From: an uncultured virus (IMG/VR IMGVR_UViG_3300025881_000013)
Taxonomy: Duplodnaviria > Heunggongvirae > Uroviricota > Caudoviricetes
Direction: 5' to 3' (one strand)
Length of the DNA: 64,000 nucleotides
Virus record (IMG/VR): IMGVR_UViG_3300025881_000013
Shown: one piece after another, positions 32,503 through 41,086 of the stretch
How the letters are laid out: each line of letters opens with the position of its first letter
How positions within the stretch are numbered: position 1 is the first letter of the stretch
Notes under the pieces: generated by a model
The model's database searches: none
What the model saw: the letters and a program-made list of their open reading frames with translations, nothing else
What the model was told of the DNA's origin: nothing
Translations under genes and position numbers: made by a program

Positions 32503-34395
32503 TTACTTTCTAATTAAACTTCCGTTTGAATAACTTGATGTGTAAAAATCTCTATTAAAGACTGTACCTGATATTTCATCGCCGGATGAAATAACATCCT
32601 TAATCATATTTATTTTACTTGTTGCGATGTCAAAATTAAGATAGAGATCTCTTAATCCGACAACATCATTTGATTCTGGAAATGCTTGTATTTCTATAAC
32701 GTTATTTGGTTTAACAGTTGATACAATATTTATTGTTCCTAAATTAATTTCACCTTTTATATAATCAACTGTTCCTGCAGATTTTGAAATAACTCTTATA
32801 GTTCCGTCCGATAAATCTTTGACAATAGAGAGAAGTCCAGTTTTTTTATCCTCATTTGGTACATCAGTCAAATAGACAATATCACTTTCTCCAGATATTC
32901 TAAATCCAGTAGATTTAATATTTTTTCCATCTTCAGACACATGGAACTGATTGCCAAAACATAATTCATACTGAGCAAACTGATTGAATAAGGCAAATAA
33001 ATTTCTTCTTACTGTGACTCTAGTAATATTTGATGTAATAGAAGTGTCAGTATTATCAATGGTTCTTAAAACTTGACTATACCTCATTCTTCCTCCAAAT
33101 TTATTCATATCAGTTGATTTAGAATAACTTGTAAGTGTATTAATTACTTTAGATTTTAAATTTTCTGGTGTTGATATCATTGAATCATTATAATAAATAA
33201 AGGATTCAATCTCAACATATAAAATTTTAAGATCTACGATTTTTTGATTTATTCCAGATATTGAATATTGTTTAAGTTTTGATAAAATTCTAGATTTATT
33301 AAACTCAGATACTAAAAATCCATTTTTAGGTTTAATTGAAATTTGAACGGTTCCAAACTCTGGAGGATCTAGTTCTTCACCACCAACAATAGATACAGAT
33401 TCAGTATCTGGATATATTGTTTTGACAATTGATTCATAATCTCTCCCAGTAACTGCTCTATTTTGTGCAGAATATATTCTCGGAGCAAAATATTTAACAG
33501 AATCTACAGATTCAATATCTCCTCCATTTTGAGATGATTGATTTGTAATAACAGAAAATGGTTCCGGAGAAACTGAATTGTTATCACTATCGACTATATT
33601 TCCAGAAAATGAGAACCTATTAGCATTATTACCATCTTTTCCGTCAGTAACAAGATAATTTACGGTAACTACTTCTCCAGTCTCCAATTTTCTTCCAATT
33701 AAACCATCACCAAATAAAAGTTCATACTTTTCATCTTGAATTTCTTGAATTAGATACACATATGAGGACGCAGTAATATTATTGATATTATTGATTAATT
33801 CATATTCTGTCCCTAACCCGGAATCTCCTTCTTTTTTTACATATACTTTTATTGTTGATGTATCAATAAATGAATTATTAAGAATAAATTTTTGATCTAA
33901 AGATGAATCGACTAAGAATTGTTTAGTAAGAAATGTTCCTTCAAAAATCTCAATATTTTCAAATGTTGCGGTTCCTTGATTTGCTTGTCTTTGTATATCC
34001 TCTAATATTGAAAATGTATACGAAGTATCATTTGCATCTCCGACACAAACTAATCCTTTCTTTAATGTCAACGTTGGTGACAAAGATCCATTTACAGTCG
34101 TTGTAAAGGTCACAGATGCCTTTGCAGCACTTCTTGACTTGGGAACATACCCAATATTCCTAGCAAGAGAAACAACGTTCTCACGGAGTGTTGCAGAGTC
34201 CAAGAAAGACTCATTCACAACCATGTTTGAGTTGAATGCTGTTATGTAAGTATTATATGCTAAAGTATCAATCAATACTGAAAAATTAGAACCCTCAAAG
34301 TCAAATCCTGTGAAATCTGAATTTGCACGTAGATAATCTTTAATAGATTCTTTTATTTGATCGAAATCTAAATTGGTAAATTTTGTAAAAGGCAT
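32503..34395 (-). CDS. gp6: Baseplate wedge protein gp6
   Basis: LDFDQIK, DFEGSNFSVLIDTLAYNTY, ESFLDSATLRENVVSLAR, QNRAVT..DY motifs. Confidence 0.95.
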   Translation of the reverse strand: MPFTKFTNLDFDQIKESIKDYLRANSDFTGFDFEGSNFSVLIDTLAYNTYITAFNSNMVVNESFLDSATLRENVVSLARNIGYVPKSRSAAKASVTFTTTVNGSLSPTLTLKKGLVCVGDANDTSYTFSILEDIQRQANQGTATFENIEIFEGTFLTKQFLVDSSLDQKFILNNSFIDTSTIKVYVKKEGDSGLGTEYELINNINNITASSYVYLIQEIQDEKYELLFGDGLIGRKLETGEVVTVNYLVTDGKDGNNANRFSFSGNIVDSDNNSVSPEPFSVITNQSSQNGGDIESVDSVKYFAPRIYSAQNRAVTGRDYESIVKTIYPDTESVSIVGGEELDPPEFGTVQISIKPKNGFLVSEFNKSRILSKLKQYSISGINQKIVDLKILYVEIESFIYYNDSMISTPENLKSKVINTLTSYSKSTDMNKFGGRMRYSQVLRTIDNTDTSITSNITRVTVRRNLFALFNQFAQYELCFGNQFHVSEDGKNIKSTGFRISGESDIVYLTDVPNEDKKTGLLSIVKDLSDGTIRVISKSAGTVDYIKGEINLGTINIVSTVKPNNVIEIQAFPESNDVVGLRDLYLNFDIATSKINMIKDVISSGDEISGTVFNRDFYTSSYSNGSLIRK

Positions 34396-34396
34396 A

Positions 34397-34798
34397 TTAT
34401 CTTGTTGCCTCTAAAAGGAAAGAATATTCTTGTGTTGGAAACTCTTGACCAATAATATCAAATATTACGGTAACATCAAATGCATTACGGTCTGGTCTTG
34501 GTAGAACTTCGACTTGCAAATTATCGACTCTTGGTTCAAAATTATTGATGGATATTTGGATCTGATCACTAATTACGGAAGCTGTACCAAAATCAACAAA
34601 CTCAAATAAACTTCCTCTTACGTCAGATCCAAATATTGAATTGAAGAACTTTTCGGTAGGTATTGTTTGAACAATATTTCTCACAGATCTACGAATTGCT
34701 GATTCATTTTTTAGAATCGGAAGGTCTTTTGTCACAGGATGGGGCTCAAAAGACAAACTAATGTCCTTAAATGCCCGTGATATCCTCTGAATTGCCAT
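34397..34798 (-). CDS. gp25: Baseplate wedge subunit gp25
   Basis: FKDISLSF..HPVTKD, AIRRSVRNIV, FEPRV motifs. Confidence 0.93.
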   Translation of the reverse strand: MAIQRISRAFKDISLSFEPHPVTKDLPILKNESAIRRSVRNIVQTIPTEKFFNSIFGSDVRGSLFEFVDFGTASVISDQIQISINNFEPRVDNLQVEVLPRPDRNAFDVTVIFDIIGQEFPTQEYSFLLEATR

Positions 34799-34820
34799 TG
34801 TTAAAGAGTTTTCTTAATTT

Positions 34821-34828
34821 TATTTATA
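34821..34828 (-). promoter_or_regulatory. T4-type late promoter TATAAATA for the gp25-gp6-gp7 operon
   Basis: Perfect match 23 nt upstream of the gp25 ATG. Confidence 0.85.
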
Positions 34829-34830
34829 CT

Positions 34831-35007
34831 CTATTCCTGAAGATTTTTCTGTCCTTCCTTTAAATCATCATGCATAATCTCCTGAAGTACTCTTTCTTCA
34901 GGATCATTCGTTTTTTTGGGTAATGACCAGTAATCTGTGGTCAAACTTGTCGTTCCCCACACTTCTTGCATATAATTTTTATTTCTGTCTACTGGTGAAT
35001 TGCCCAT
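34831..35007 (-). CDS. Hypothetical protein, 58 aa (not in ORF track)
   Basis: Manual translation MGNSPVDRNKNYMQEVWGTTSLTTDYWSLPKK...; AGGAG ribosome-binding site upstream. Confidence 0.7.
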   Translation of the reverse strand: MGNSPVDRNKNYMQEVWGTTSLTTDYWSLPKKTNDPEERVLQEIMHDDLKEGQKNLQE

Positions 35008-35063
35008 TTTACTCCTATTTTGTTAGAATAGAACTTTTTGAGGGGTTCCTATCCCTATTTTAT

Positions 35064-35738
35064 TTATTTTTCACCCTCTTCGGATGAATTTTCACGTTCT
35101 TGTGCAGTCTTCCAAAAATATTCGTCCTCTCTACCCATTCCAAGTCGTTCAAATCCATTTTCAACTTGATAATATTGAGTCGAAACCTTAAAATCAGGCA
35201 TTTTTGGTTCGACAGGTGTCAGACTATTGTCAAAAATACGTAATCTATTGTTTGGATATAGTGCATACTGTCCATTCTCAAGTTCAATCAGGTTATGAGA
35301 CTTGTGTTCGGCAGGATTTTCACTGGTCGCCCAATCAACATAGTCCGGATCATGATGATAGTTATCAATAGTACAGACATACGTACCTTTTACATTACCA
35401 AAGTCCCTTGTATAACATTCAAAGTCCATTGAACCAATAAGTTTCTTATCCACCGAGACAACCCCGTAGTCCATACAATTCCAAAACTGTAGGTTTGGTA
35501 GGTTCATGTCCGGACTTGGTGTCTCAGGGTCCGCCACAAAGGCACTGATAGGCAATTTGTCATACATTGCCGCATATTCTGGTAGATAGGTCTCAAAATA
35601 AAAAGCACGTCCAGGAATCGATTTAACCGATACCCAAACGCCCTTTACAAATTCACCATGTCCACTTTGATGATCCGTTAGATATTCCTTACGAACCCAT
35701 ACTTCCTGTGATGGAAGATTTGCAATCAAACATGCCAT
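35064..35738 (-). CDS. Conserved T4-like phage hypothetical protein
   Basis: 224-aa ORF (VRKEYL, YDKLPISAF, EHKSHN, YPNNR) resembling a conserved cyanophage gene; function unknown. Confidence 0.8.
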   Translation of the reverse strand: MACLIANLPSQEVWVRKEYLTDHQSGHGEFVKGVWVSVKSIPGRAFYFETYLPEYAAMYDKLPISAFVADPETPSPDMNLPNLQFWNCMDYGVVSVDKKLIGSMDFECYTRDFGNVKGTYVCTIDNYHHDPDYVDWATSENPAEHKSHNLIELENGQYALYPNNRLRIFDNSLTPVEPKMPDFKVSTQYYQVENGFERLGMGREDEYFWKTAQERENSSEEGEK

Positions 35739-35766
35739 ATAGTGACAATAAAACTACACTTATATA

Positions 35767-35919
35767 TTAACCTCTTCCTTGTCCACGATACATCTTCTTT
35801 TTTCCGTTACGAGAAGTCGCGGCATATTTCGTGTGCTTACCACTCCCTTGACGAGTTTTCTTCGGTTTTCCTTCTATAAAACCATCACCACTTAATCCAA
35901 CTCTTGAACGCATTGCCAT
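35767..35919 (-). CDS. Small basic protein, 50 aa (not in ORF track)
   Basis: MAMRSRVGLSGDGFIEGKPKKTRQGSGKHTKYAATSRNGKKKMYRGQGRG. Confidence 0.7.
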   Translation of the reverse strand: MAMRSRVGLSGDGFIEGKPKKTRQGSGKHTKYAATSRNGKKKMYRGQGRG

Positions 35920-35928
35920 AATAACTTC

Positions 35929-36090
35929 CTAATACTTTGTGATTTTTGTTTCTAAATCTTGTGGTCTTGGAAAACCTTTCTGATAATACTCTACCGAAAG
36001 GTTTTCCATCATATCAAAATACTCTTCCTCCGTCAAGTTCTTGCGTAATACTTTCCCTTTATGGAGAATTGTATACCTTGTCAGACTCAT
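35929..36090 (-). CDS. Hypothetical protein, 53 aa
   Basis: MSLTRYTILHKGKVLRKNLTEEEYFDMM; start overlaps the glycosyltransferase stop. Confidence 0.65.
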   Translation of the reverse strand: MSLTRYTILHKGKVLRKNLTEEEYFDMMENLSVEYYQKGFPRPQDLETKITKY

Positions 36091-36848
36091 CAGATCACTC
36101 TTGTCTTCTCGTGTCCAACTCTGATACGTGGATCGCACCATATCTCAAATCCTGCTTCGATAGCATCGAGACAGAATGATACATCCTCTCCACACATATC
36201 CTGCACCTCTCCACTCTCAAAGACTTGCATCTTTGGAGCAAACCATGGATACTTCATACCAGAATGCTCAAAGACTCCGTGCTTAAGAAGTAACCATCCA
36301 AATCCTGCATAATCTACAGTAAATGGTTTGCGACGCTTCGAAATACTCTCCCCAGTCTCATGATTCATGACTCCACCATTATTACGGAAATCATCCTCTT
36401 CCATCCAATGTGCAACTGAAGTGGTCTTACCATCCTCTGTCATATACCATCCACTCGCAATGTCTTGGTCCATCAAAACTAATTGCCAAAACTTCTCAGA
36501 TGAAAATACAATGTCACTATCAATCCATAATTGCCAATCATACTGCAACTTTCCGTCCCATGGAATTTGATCCGGTCCTCGCAATACATTCGCACCTAAA
36601 CACTTACATCTGGCAAAATTTACCATCGAACTGTAATCTTGCGAAATCTGAATACTTGCTCCTGCCTGTACTAAATCAAAACAAAGTTGTACAAAGTTTT
36701 TGAGATACGTATAAGAAACTCCTCTACCTGGTAAACAAAAGACAATGGACTTGCCTTTTACCATTTCCTTTGCCTTCGCATAGTCCCATTCTGGACCACT
36801 CTCAGATGGTTTGGGTGTCTTTGCTTTTACTGTAAATCCTTTAGCCAT
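36090..36848 (-). CDS. GT-A fold glycosyltransferase-like protein
   Basis: LWIDSD DxD motif, GFGWLL, GEDVSFC, VGH motifs. Confidence 0.8.
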   Translation of the reverse strand: MAKGFTVKAKTPKPSESGPEWDYAKAKEMVKGKSIVFCLPGRGVSYTYLKNFVQLCFDLVQAGASIQISQDYSSMVNFARCKCLGANVLRGPDQIPWDGKLQYDWQLWIDSDIVFSSEKFWQLVLMDQDIASGWYMTEDGKTTSVAHWMEEDDFRNNGGVMNHETGESISKRRKPFTVDYAGFGWLLLKHGVFEHSGMKYPWFAPKMQVFESGEVQDMCGEDVSFCLDAIEAGFEIWCDPRIRVGHEKTRVI

Positions 36849-36871
36849 AACTGTAAATGAACTTCTTCACT

Positions 36872-36900
36872 ATCATAACACTCTATCTATACACCGTCAA
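36872..36900 (-). promoter_or_regulatory. Sigma70-type promoter for the glycosyltransferase operon
   Basis: TTGACG-17 nt-TATGAT. Confidence 0.7.
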
Positions 36901-36906
36901 GACCCC

Positions 36907-37083
36907 TCAAATCTCTTCGAGATCCTTAATAATAATACAATCATTCTCTACCTCGATATTTACTTCTGTTCCCTCGTACCACCCCTTCTCATCACATATC
37001 CATTCCGGTATCGTAATAACATGTTCCCCACTTACTGGGTCGATCTCTACAGTCGTAAAATTTTCTGCGGAATTTTTTTGCAT
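36907..37083 (-). CDS. AbrB/MazE-like small DNA-binding protein, 58 aa (not in ORF track)
   Basis: MQKNSAENFTTVEIDPVSGEHVITIPEWICDEKGWYEGTEVNIEVENDCIIIKDLEEI matches the ITIP....GW..G..V....IIIK swapped-hairpin pattern. Confidence 0.75.
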   Translation of the reverse strand: MQKNSAENFTTVEIDPVSGEHVITIPEWICDEKGWYEGTEVNIEVENDCIIIKDLEEI

Positions 37084-37212
37084 ATCTTTGAATCCTGTAT
37101 CCGTTTTTTATATATGAAAACTTTTTTTTATTAGAGTATTATTGAGAACGGACTTTGGGTCGTTTATAGCTTAAAGTAGTAGGGGGGTTTTATATACGGG
37201 GCACGGCAACGC

Positions 37213-37239
37213 ATAACATAAGGGGGGCATATACCCCCC
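37213..37239 (-). terminator. Intrinsic terminator ending the early block
   Basis: GGGGGG-TATATG-CCCCCC followed by TTATGTT, just after the stop of 37248..37445. Confidence 0.6.
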
Positions 37240-37247
37240 ACTGCTGT

Positions 37248-37445
37248 TTACGAACGAATGCCCATATCTATCAACTGCCTGCGAACTCCCCTTCTTACTT
37301 GATTCATAGCATGAGGGCATGATGGTGATGATGGGGCAGTATATGTAAATCCTACATAATGCCTAAAGACTAAATGTGTCCTTTGACGTTCTAAGTCATA
37401 ACCCATAGAATCCATGAAGATGCGAACTTCTTTTTTGTATTTCAT
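37248..37445 (-). CDS. HicA-like mRNA interferase fold protein
   Basis: 65 aa with GY.LERQRTHLVFRH..G..YTAPSSPS; matches the HicA pattern G...R.k.sH..f.H..G...tvP. Confidence 0.6.
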   Translation of the reverse strand: MKYKKEVRIFMDSMGYDLERQRTHLVFRHYVGFTYTAPSSPSCPHAMNQVRRGVRRQLIDMGIRS

Positions 37446-37481
37446 TGGAGAAAGTAAAGAGAAAAAAAACGAGAGAGTTGA

Positions 37482-37673
37482 TCAACTCTCCAGAACCCAG
37501 GTTCCCAGTTCACCAGCATCTAGACGTTCGTTCATCAGTTCCCAGTAAGGGGAGGCAATGAACGCATCCAGCAATCCCAGGTGATGAACGAACCGCAAAC
37601 CCTGTAACCAGGAAACGGTGCCATCCCATTCAGCAGAGGTGAGAAACTCATCCCAGATAAGGTCAGAACGCAT
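37482..37673 (-). CDS. Hypothetical early protein
   Basis: MRSDLIWDEFLTSAEW; promoter-like TTGGCA-16-TAGAAT at 37699-37726 upstream. Confidence 0.6.
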   Translation of the reverse strand: MRSDLIWDEFLTSAEWDGTVSWLQGLRFVHHLGLLDAFIASPYWELMNERLDAGELGTWVLES

Positions 37674-37765
37674 GAGGTGCTTTGCTTGGTTCCTCCATAT
37701 TCTACAGCATCGCACCCCCCTGCCAACCCCCTGAACGATAAGGGTTGCTGATGAGGGTGATAAGA

Positions 37766-38677
37766 TTATTTGTCTACACTTTGGAACTTATTGTTGCTGA
37801 AATTGGCATAACTGAATTGCTCACGATTGACTAACTTAAATGTACCGAACTCATTGGAGTAGACATAACCCTCACCACCGATTGGAGTTTGTCCGATGTA
37901 TGCCTTCGGTCCATTATTCCGACAGAGATAGATAGCGTCCTCTTTAATCGACTTAACTAACAACCAGAAACTGATGAGATTCTCATTCATAAAGGTAGAA
38001 GCAATCACGGGACGATTCTCACGGATACAGGAATTGAGTTCCTGTTTAATAAGTACGGCATCCTTATCTGATACAAACTCAACGTTCTGTGCCATTACCT
38101 TAGCAAAGGCAATTACGTCATCTAAGTCATGGAATCTCTTCAGACCATCATCATACAAACCAGACGCAATCGTTGCCCTAGGTTTCACGAACTTGCAATA
38201 GAATGTGTCTGTAATAGTGAAGTTCATCGGGTGTGCGATTGCATCCCTTAAATCACTCTCTGCTGTGTAATACGTATGAGGGGCAATGATAATCTCCTCC
38301 TCTATAATATTATCGAACTGATAGGTGATTGTGTTCGGTGTATATTCATCAGACCCACCGAATCCGATAAAGTCACCCTGAAAGATGCCGTCAGTTAGTG
38401 GAAGATAGTCATAGCACTTATGAAGAATATTAGCAACATTGCCTGTGTGGTTCCTATCAATATCCTGATGCGATTCGTTGATTTTGATCTTTACTTTGTT
38501 AAAAACTGACTTAGTACCAACGAAGAAATTACCCGTCGCAGGATTCTTTCCCCATACGATTGCAGGTGCTCCGTCCATTTTCACTGACAGATTGCCTTCG
38601 TTACGTAGACAATCAAGAGCACTTAAATCACCAGTGAGAATGGAATCTTCGGGATGTTCGATGTGCTTATTTTGCAT
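37766..38677 (-). CDS. DUF6267-like protein with ATP-dependent ligase/nucleotidyltransferase motifs
   Basis: NKHIEHPED, SVKMDGAPA (KxDG), FQGDF, GEGYV, FKLVNR. Confidence 0.7.
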   Translation of the reverse strand: MQNKHIEHPEDSILTGDLSALDCLRNEGNLSVKMDGAPAIVWGKNPATGNFFVGTKSVFNKVKIKINESHQDIDRNHTGNVANILHKCYDYLPLTDGIFQGDFIGFGGSDEYTPNTITYQFDNIIEEEIIIAPHTYYTAESDLRDAIAHPMNFTITDTFYCKFVKPRATIASGLYDDGLKRFHDLDDVIAFAKVMAQNVEFVSDKDAVLIKQELNSCIRENRPVIASTFMNENLISFWLLVKSIKEDAIYLCRNNGPKAYIGQTPIGGEGYVYSNEFGTFKLVNREQFSYANFSNNKFQSVDK

Positions 38678-38755
38678 TTAGAGAATGATGAGAATGAGAA
38701 TAATTGAGTAGAATTGGGCATAGATTGATGCCCATTCTTTTTTGGTTTTAATCAT
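38678..38755 (-). CDS. 25-aa hydrophobic peptide (not in ORF track)
   Basis: MIKTKKEWASIYAQFYSIILILIIL; ATGA overlap with upstream stop, and its stop abuts the downstream start. Confidence 0.5.
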   Translation of the reverse strand: MIKTKKEWASIYAQFYSIILILIIL

Positions 38756-39069
38756 GCAAGACGCATCCCGTCAAAGAAAGGAATTGGAGAACCTTGATAG
38801 TTAACGAACCACTGAAAGTTCTTTTGAAAAACATATTCACCGTCCATTCCGAAGGCAGAAAGTAAAGCATTCAAACGTGACTTTGTGGTCTTTGATTGAT
38901 AACCACCGTCAAAGATCTGAATCCAGGTATCACCAACGGTTGCGATTTTGTTTCCGTGGAGGTATACATCAGAGGTGCCCTCCCAACCGGGGATAACAGT
39001 CGTATTGGCAGATGACCAACGTTCGTCGTTCTGAACTGCTGTGATCATCTGGGTTTCGATTTTACGCAT
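38752..39069 (-). CDS. Conserved phage hypothetical early protein
   Basis: MRKIETQM...VYLHGNKIA...GGYQSKTTKSRLNALL; sits behind an early promoter cassette. Confidence 0.8.
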   Translation of the reverse strand: MRKIETQMITAVQNDERWSSANTTVIPGWEGTSDVYLHGNKIATVGDTWIQIFDGGYQSKTTKSRLNALLSAFGMDGEYVFQKNFQWFVNYQGSPIPFFDGMRLA

Positions 39070-39127
39070 GAGAGGCAGGTAGAAAGGTCTGAGAGGTGTG
39101 GTGAGGTGCTGTCCCCTCCACTTCTAT

Positions 39128-39184
39128 ACAATACACGATTTTGAGGTCTGTGCCGGAACCTTGTGCCACCTATCCGATTGTCCC
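39128..39184 (-). promoter_or_regulatory. Early promoter cassette (class A)
   Basis: GGGACA-N10-TGGCAC, 29 nt, then TATTGT -10 (preceded by AAAATCGTG). Confidence 0.75.
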
Positions 39185-39445
39185 ACCCATCATGGTGCTG
39201 TATTGTGAGATGGGAAGGACTTTCATCAGCACGTACTCAAAATCATCTTTGATTTCTTCCTTGTAGGCATCTGCCGTTGATTGACAGTCAAAGAGACGAA
39301 GAGAATCGAAGAACTCTCCTTCATAATGCCCATCAAGATAATGACCACCGATAACGGCAATGCATTTTGGTTCGGTCATGGTCTCGGTTTCGTTGTTCAT
39401 ACTGTTAGTATCAGTTACCGAAGAATTCATCGTGACAATCAGCAA
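39170..39445 (-). CDS. Hypothetical early protein (start uncertain)
   Basis: ORF with AVIGG..YEGE.FDSLRLFDC.STA.AY pattern. Confidence 0.65.
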   Translation of the reverse strand: MLIVTMNSSVTDTNSMNNETETMTEPKCIAVIGGHYLDGHYEGEFFDSLRLFDCQSTADAYKEEIKDDFEYVLMKVLPISQYSTMMGGTIG

Positions 39446-39626
39446 CGAAATCTATCAGTTCATCGGTGCAATTAAGACCGAAACGATCACATACCCAATC
39501 GACACACATTTCAAGATCAGGCATCATCTCCAGCATGTAGTTTGCGAGGTCTGAAGCAATCTCTTCCTTGAGACGGTTCATATCATTTTGCATGGCATAA
39601 GTGCAGGGGTCGGTGTAAGTTTGCAT
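39411..39626 (-). CDS. Hypothetical acidic early protein
   Basis: MQTYTDPC...DWVCDRF; start directly after a cassette promoter leader. Confidence 0.7.
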   Translation of the reverse strand: MQTYTDPCTYAMQNDMNRLKEEIASDLANYMLEMMPDLEMCVDWVCDRFGLNCTDELIDFVADCHDEFFGN

Positions 39627-39650
39627 TTGGTGAATTCCTTTGACCCTTCT

Positions 39651-39708
39651 ACAATACACGATTTTGGGGTCTGTGCCGTGACCTTATGCCACTTTGTCCA
39701 ACTGTCCA
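39651..39708 (-). promoter_or_regulatory. Early promoter cassette (class A)
   Basis: TGGACA-N11-TGGCAT, 29 nt, TATTGT. Confidence 0.75.
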
Positions 39709-39729
39709 CTCGCGGCCGACCGGTTTGTG

Positions 39730-39837
39730 TTACTTAGTGTGAGGTGAGTTAATAACTGTAACCCAGTTGCTTGGAGGTGATAGTTTGTTCGATACTTTCA
39801 CCCATTGACCTTTGAAACGAACGAGAGTAAATTTCAT
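39730..39837 (-). CDS. 35-aa hypothetical peptide (not in ORF track)
   Basis: MKFTLVRFKGQWVKVSNKLSPPSNWVTVINSPHTK; start overlaps upstream stop. Confidence 0.5.
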   Translation of the reverse strand: MKFTLVRFKGQWVKVSNKLSPPSNWVTVINSPHTK

Positions 39838-39986
39838 CAGTAATCAGTGTTTCCGTTAATGTAACCTTCTACGTCAAACTTCTTATCATCTTCATACTCT
39901 TCCTTATATTCAATCACATCATAAATCTCACCCGGCATGTCATTAATCTCAGAGAAGATGTCAGTGTCGAAAGTGTCGTAATCCAT
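39837..39986 (-). CDS. 49-aa acidic protein (not in ORF track)
   Basis: MDYDTFDTDIFSEINDMPGEIYDVIEYKEEYEDDKKFDVEGYINGNTDY. Confidence 0.6.
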   Translation of the reverse strand: MDYDTFDTDIFSEINDMPGEIYDVIEYKEEYEDDKKFDVEGYINGNTDY

Positions 39987-40028
39987 TTGAAAAAAAGTGT
40001 TAGTTAGTGAGAGTTGAGTAAGGGTTAC

Positions 40029-40265
40029 TTAGTCTATAAGTTCTTTCATCATTTCGTTTACTTCTATTCCGTTGATATTAACATCGTCCCACTTACATCC
40101 GTCTGGTGTTTCTTTACTACACTCTAAAATCATACTAACCATATGACCATAAGTTCCACCATCCCTGGCAACATCACATGCAAGTTCATACAAACCAGGA
40201 TCATTTCCGATCCAGAGAGCAACATTCCAGGTTTCCCAATTTGTCCAACCGTTGTAACCTTGCAT
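40029..40265 (-). CDS. Conserved phage hypothetical protein (YNGWTNWETWNVALWI)
   Basis: Recognisable YNGW.N.ETW.V.LWI.ND motif; behind a cassette promoter. Confidence 0.8.
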   Translation of the reverse strand: MQGYNGWTNWETWNVALWIGNDPGLYELACDVARDGGTYGHMVSMILECSKETPDGCKWDDVNINGIEVNEMMKELID

Positions 40266-40290
40266 TTGGTGAATTCCTGATGACTTAACT

Positions 40291-40347
40291 ACAATACACG
40301 ATTTTGGTGCCAGTGGGGAGATTAGTGGACACCTCTACGACTGGCAC
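40291..40347 (-). promoter_or_regulatory. Early promoter cassette (class A)
   Basis: GTGCCA-N10-TGTCCA, 29 nt, TATTGT. Confidence 0.75.
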
Positions 40348-40356
40348 ATATTCTTG

Positions 40357-40524
40357 TTACTTAGTGGGGAAATTACGACAGACAGCATCACATAGACGCG
40401 TCACCAATTCATTACTCAATCGATCACTTATAATGCCACTAAGTTCACCATCAACAATTGCGTCGATATCATGCATCAATTGTTCCCGTGCTGATAACAT
40501 CTCAAGTGTGTCGTTGTTAATCAT
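40357..40524 (-). CDS. Hypothetical early protein
   Basis: MINNDTLEMLSAREQLMHDIDAIV...LCDAVCRNFP; start placed after the promoter leader. Confidence 0.7.
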   Translation of the reverse strand: MINNDTLEMLSAREQLMHDIDAIVDGELSGIISDRLSNELVTRLCDAVCRNFPTK

Positions 40525-40552
40525 TTTTGAGGTGAATTTCTTTGACCCTTCT

Positions 40553-40649
40553 ACAATACACGAATTCGATGCCCTGTGCTCATTTAGTGGACGGTTCCAC
40601 GATTGGCACAAGACACTAGTTTAAACTGTGCCGATCCACGAACTGGCAC
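40553..40649 (-). promoter_or_regulatory. Early promoter cassette (class A) with two palindrome copies
   Basis: Palindromes at 40628-40649 and 40588-40609, then 29 nt, TATTGT. Confidence 0.75.
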
Positions 40650-40650
40650 A

Positions 40651-40803
40651 CTAATATAGATCTGCAGTCTCTCTGATGCTAATATCAATATTCTCATCAC
40701 CTTCTAGTCCTAAGATATCAACCCAATTGATATTCTGCAGGTCTAGATCTTCATAACACTCAATGTCTAATGTAACACTTACAATGCGTTTCTGTGCGTA
40801 CAT
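40651..40803 (-). CDS. 50-aa acidic protein (not in ORF track)
   Basis: MYAQKRIVSVTLDIECYEDLDLQNINWVDILGLEGDENIDISIRETADLY. Confidence 0.65.
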   Translation of the reverse strand: MYAQKRIVSVTLDIECYEDLDLQNINWVDILGLEGDENIDISIRETADLY

Positions 40804-40833
40804 GTGTATCTCGTGTGATGTTTACGTATTATA

Positions 40834-41025
40834 TCATGCGTAATGTTTGTATGCAAGCTCGACGTAATCATGTGTATCTCGTGCATACTCATCATCATCG
40901 TATGCATCTAGTTGCATATCTAGTGATGTATTATGCATGTATGTCTCACACATCTCGTCGAGATCGTATACATTATGATCATTACTTAATGATGTATAGT
41001 CGAGATTGTGATCGTAGTAATACAT
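40834..41025 (-). CDS. Acidic Tyr/Asp-rich small protein
   Basis: 63-aa ORF directly downstream of a perfect sigma70 promoter. Confidence 0.55.
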   Translation of the reverse strand: MYYYDHNLDYTSLSNDHNVYDLDEMCETYMHNTSLDMQLDAYDDDEYARDTHDYVELAYKHYA

Positions 41026-41057
41026 GGGTCTCGTCGAGATTTGTATGTTACTTGTAT

Positions 41058-41086
41058 ATTATACTGTTATCTCGTCTAGATGTCAA
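41058..41086 (-). promoter_or_regulatory. Consensus sigma70 promoter
   Basis: TTGACA-17 nt-TATAAT, perfect. Confidence 0.85.

Noticed and set aside
37084..37245. tRNA or known structured ncRNA in this intergenic gap
   Set aside because: No cloverleaf or T-loop GTTCRA pattern seen; only a terminator hairpin is supportable. A covariance-model search was not possible.
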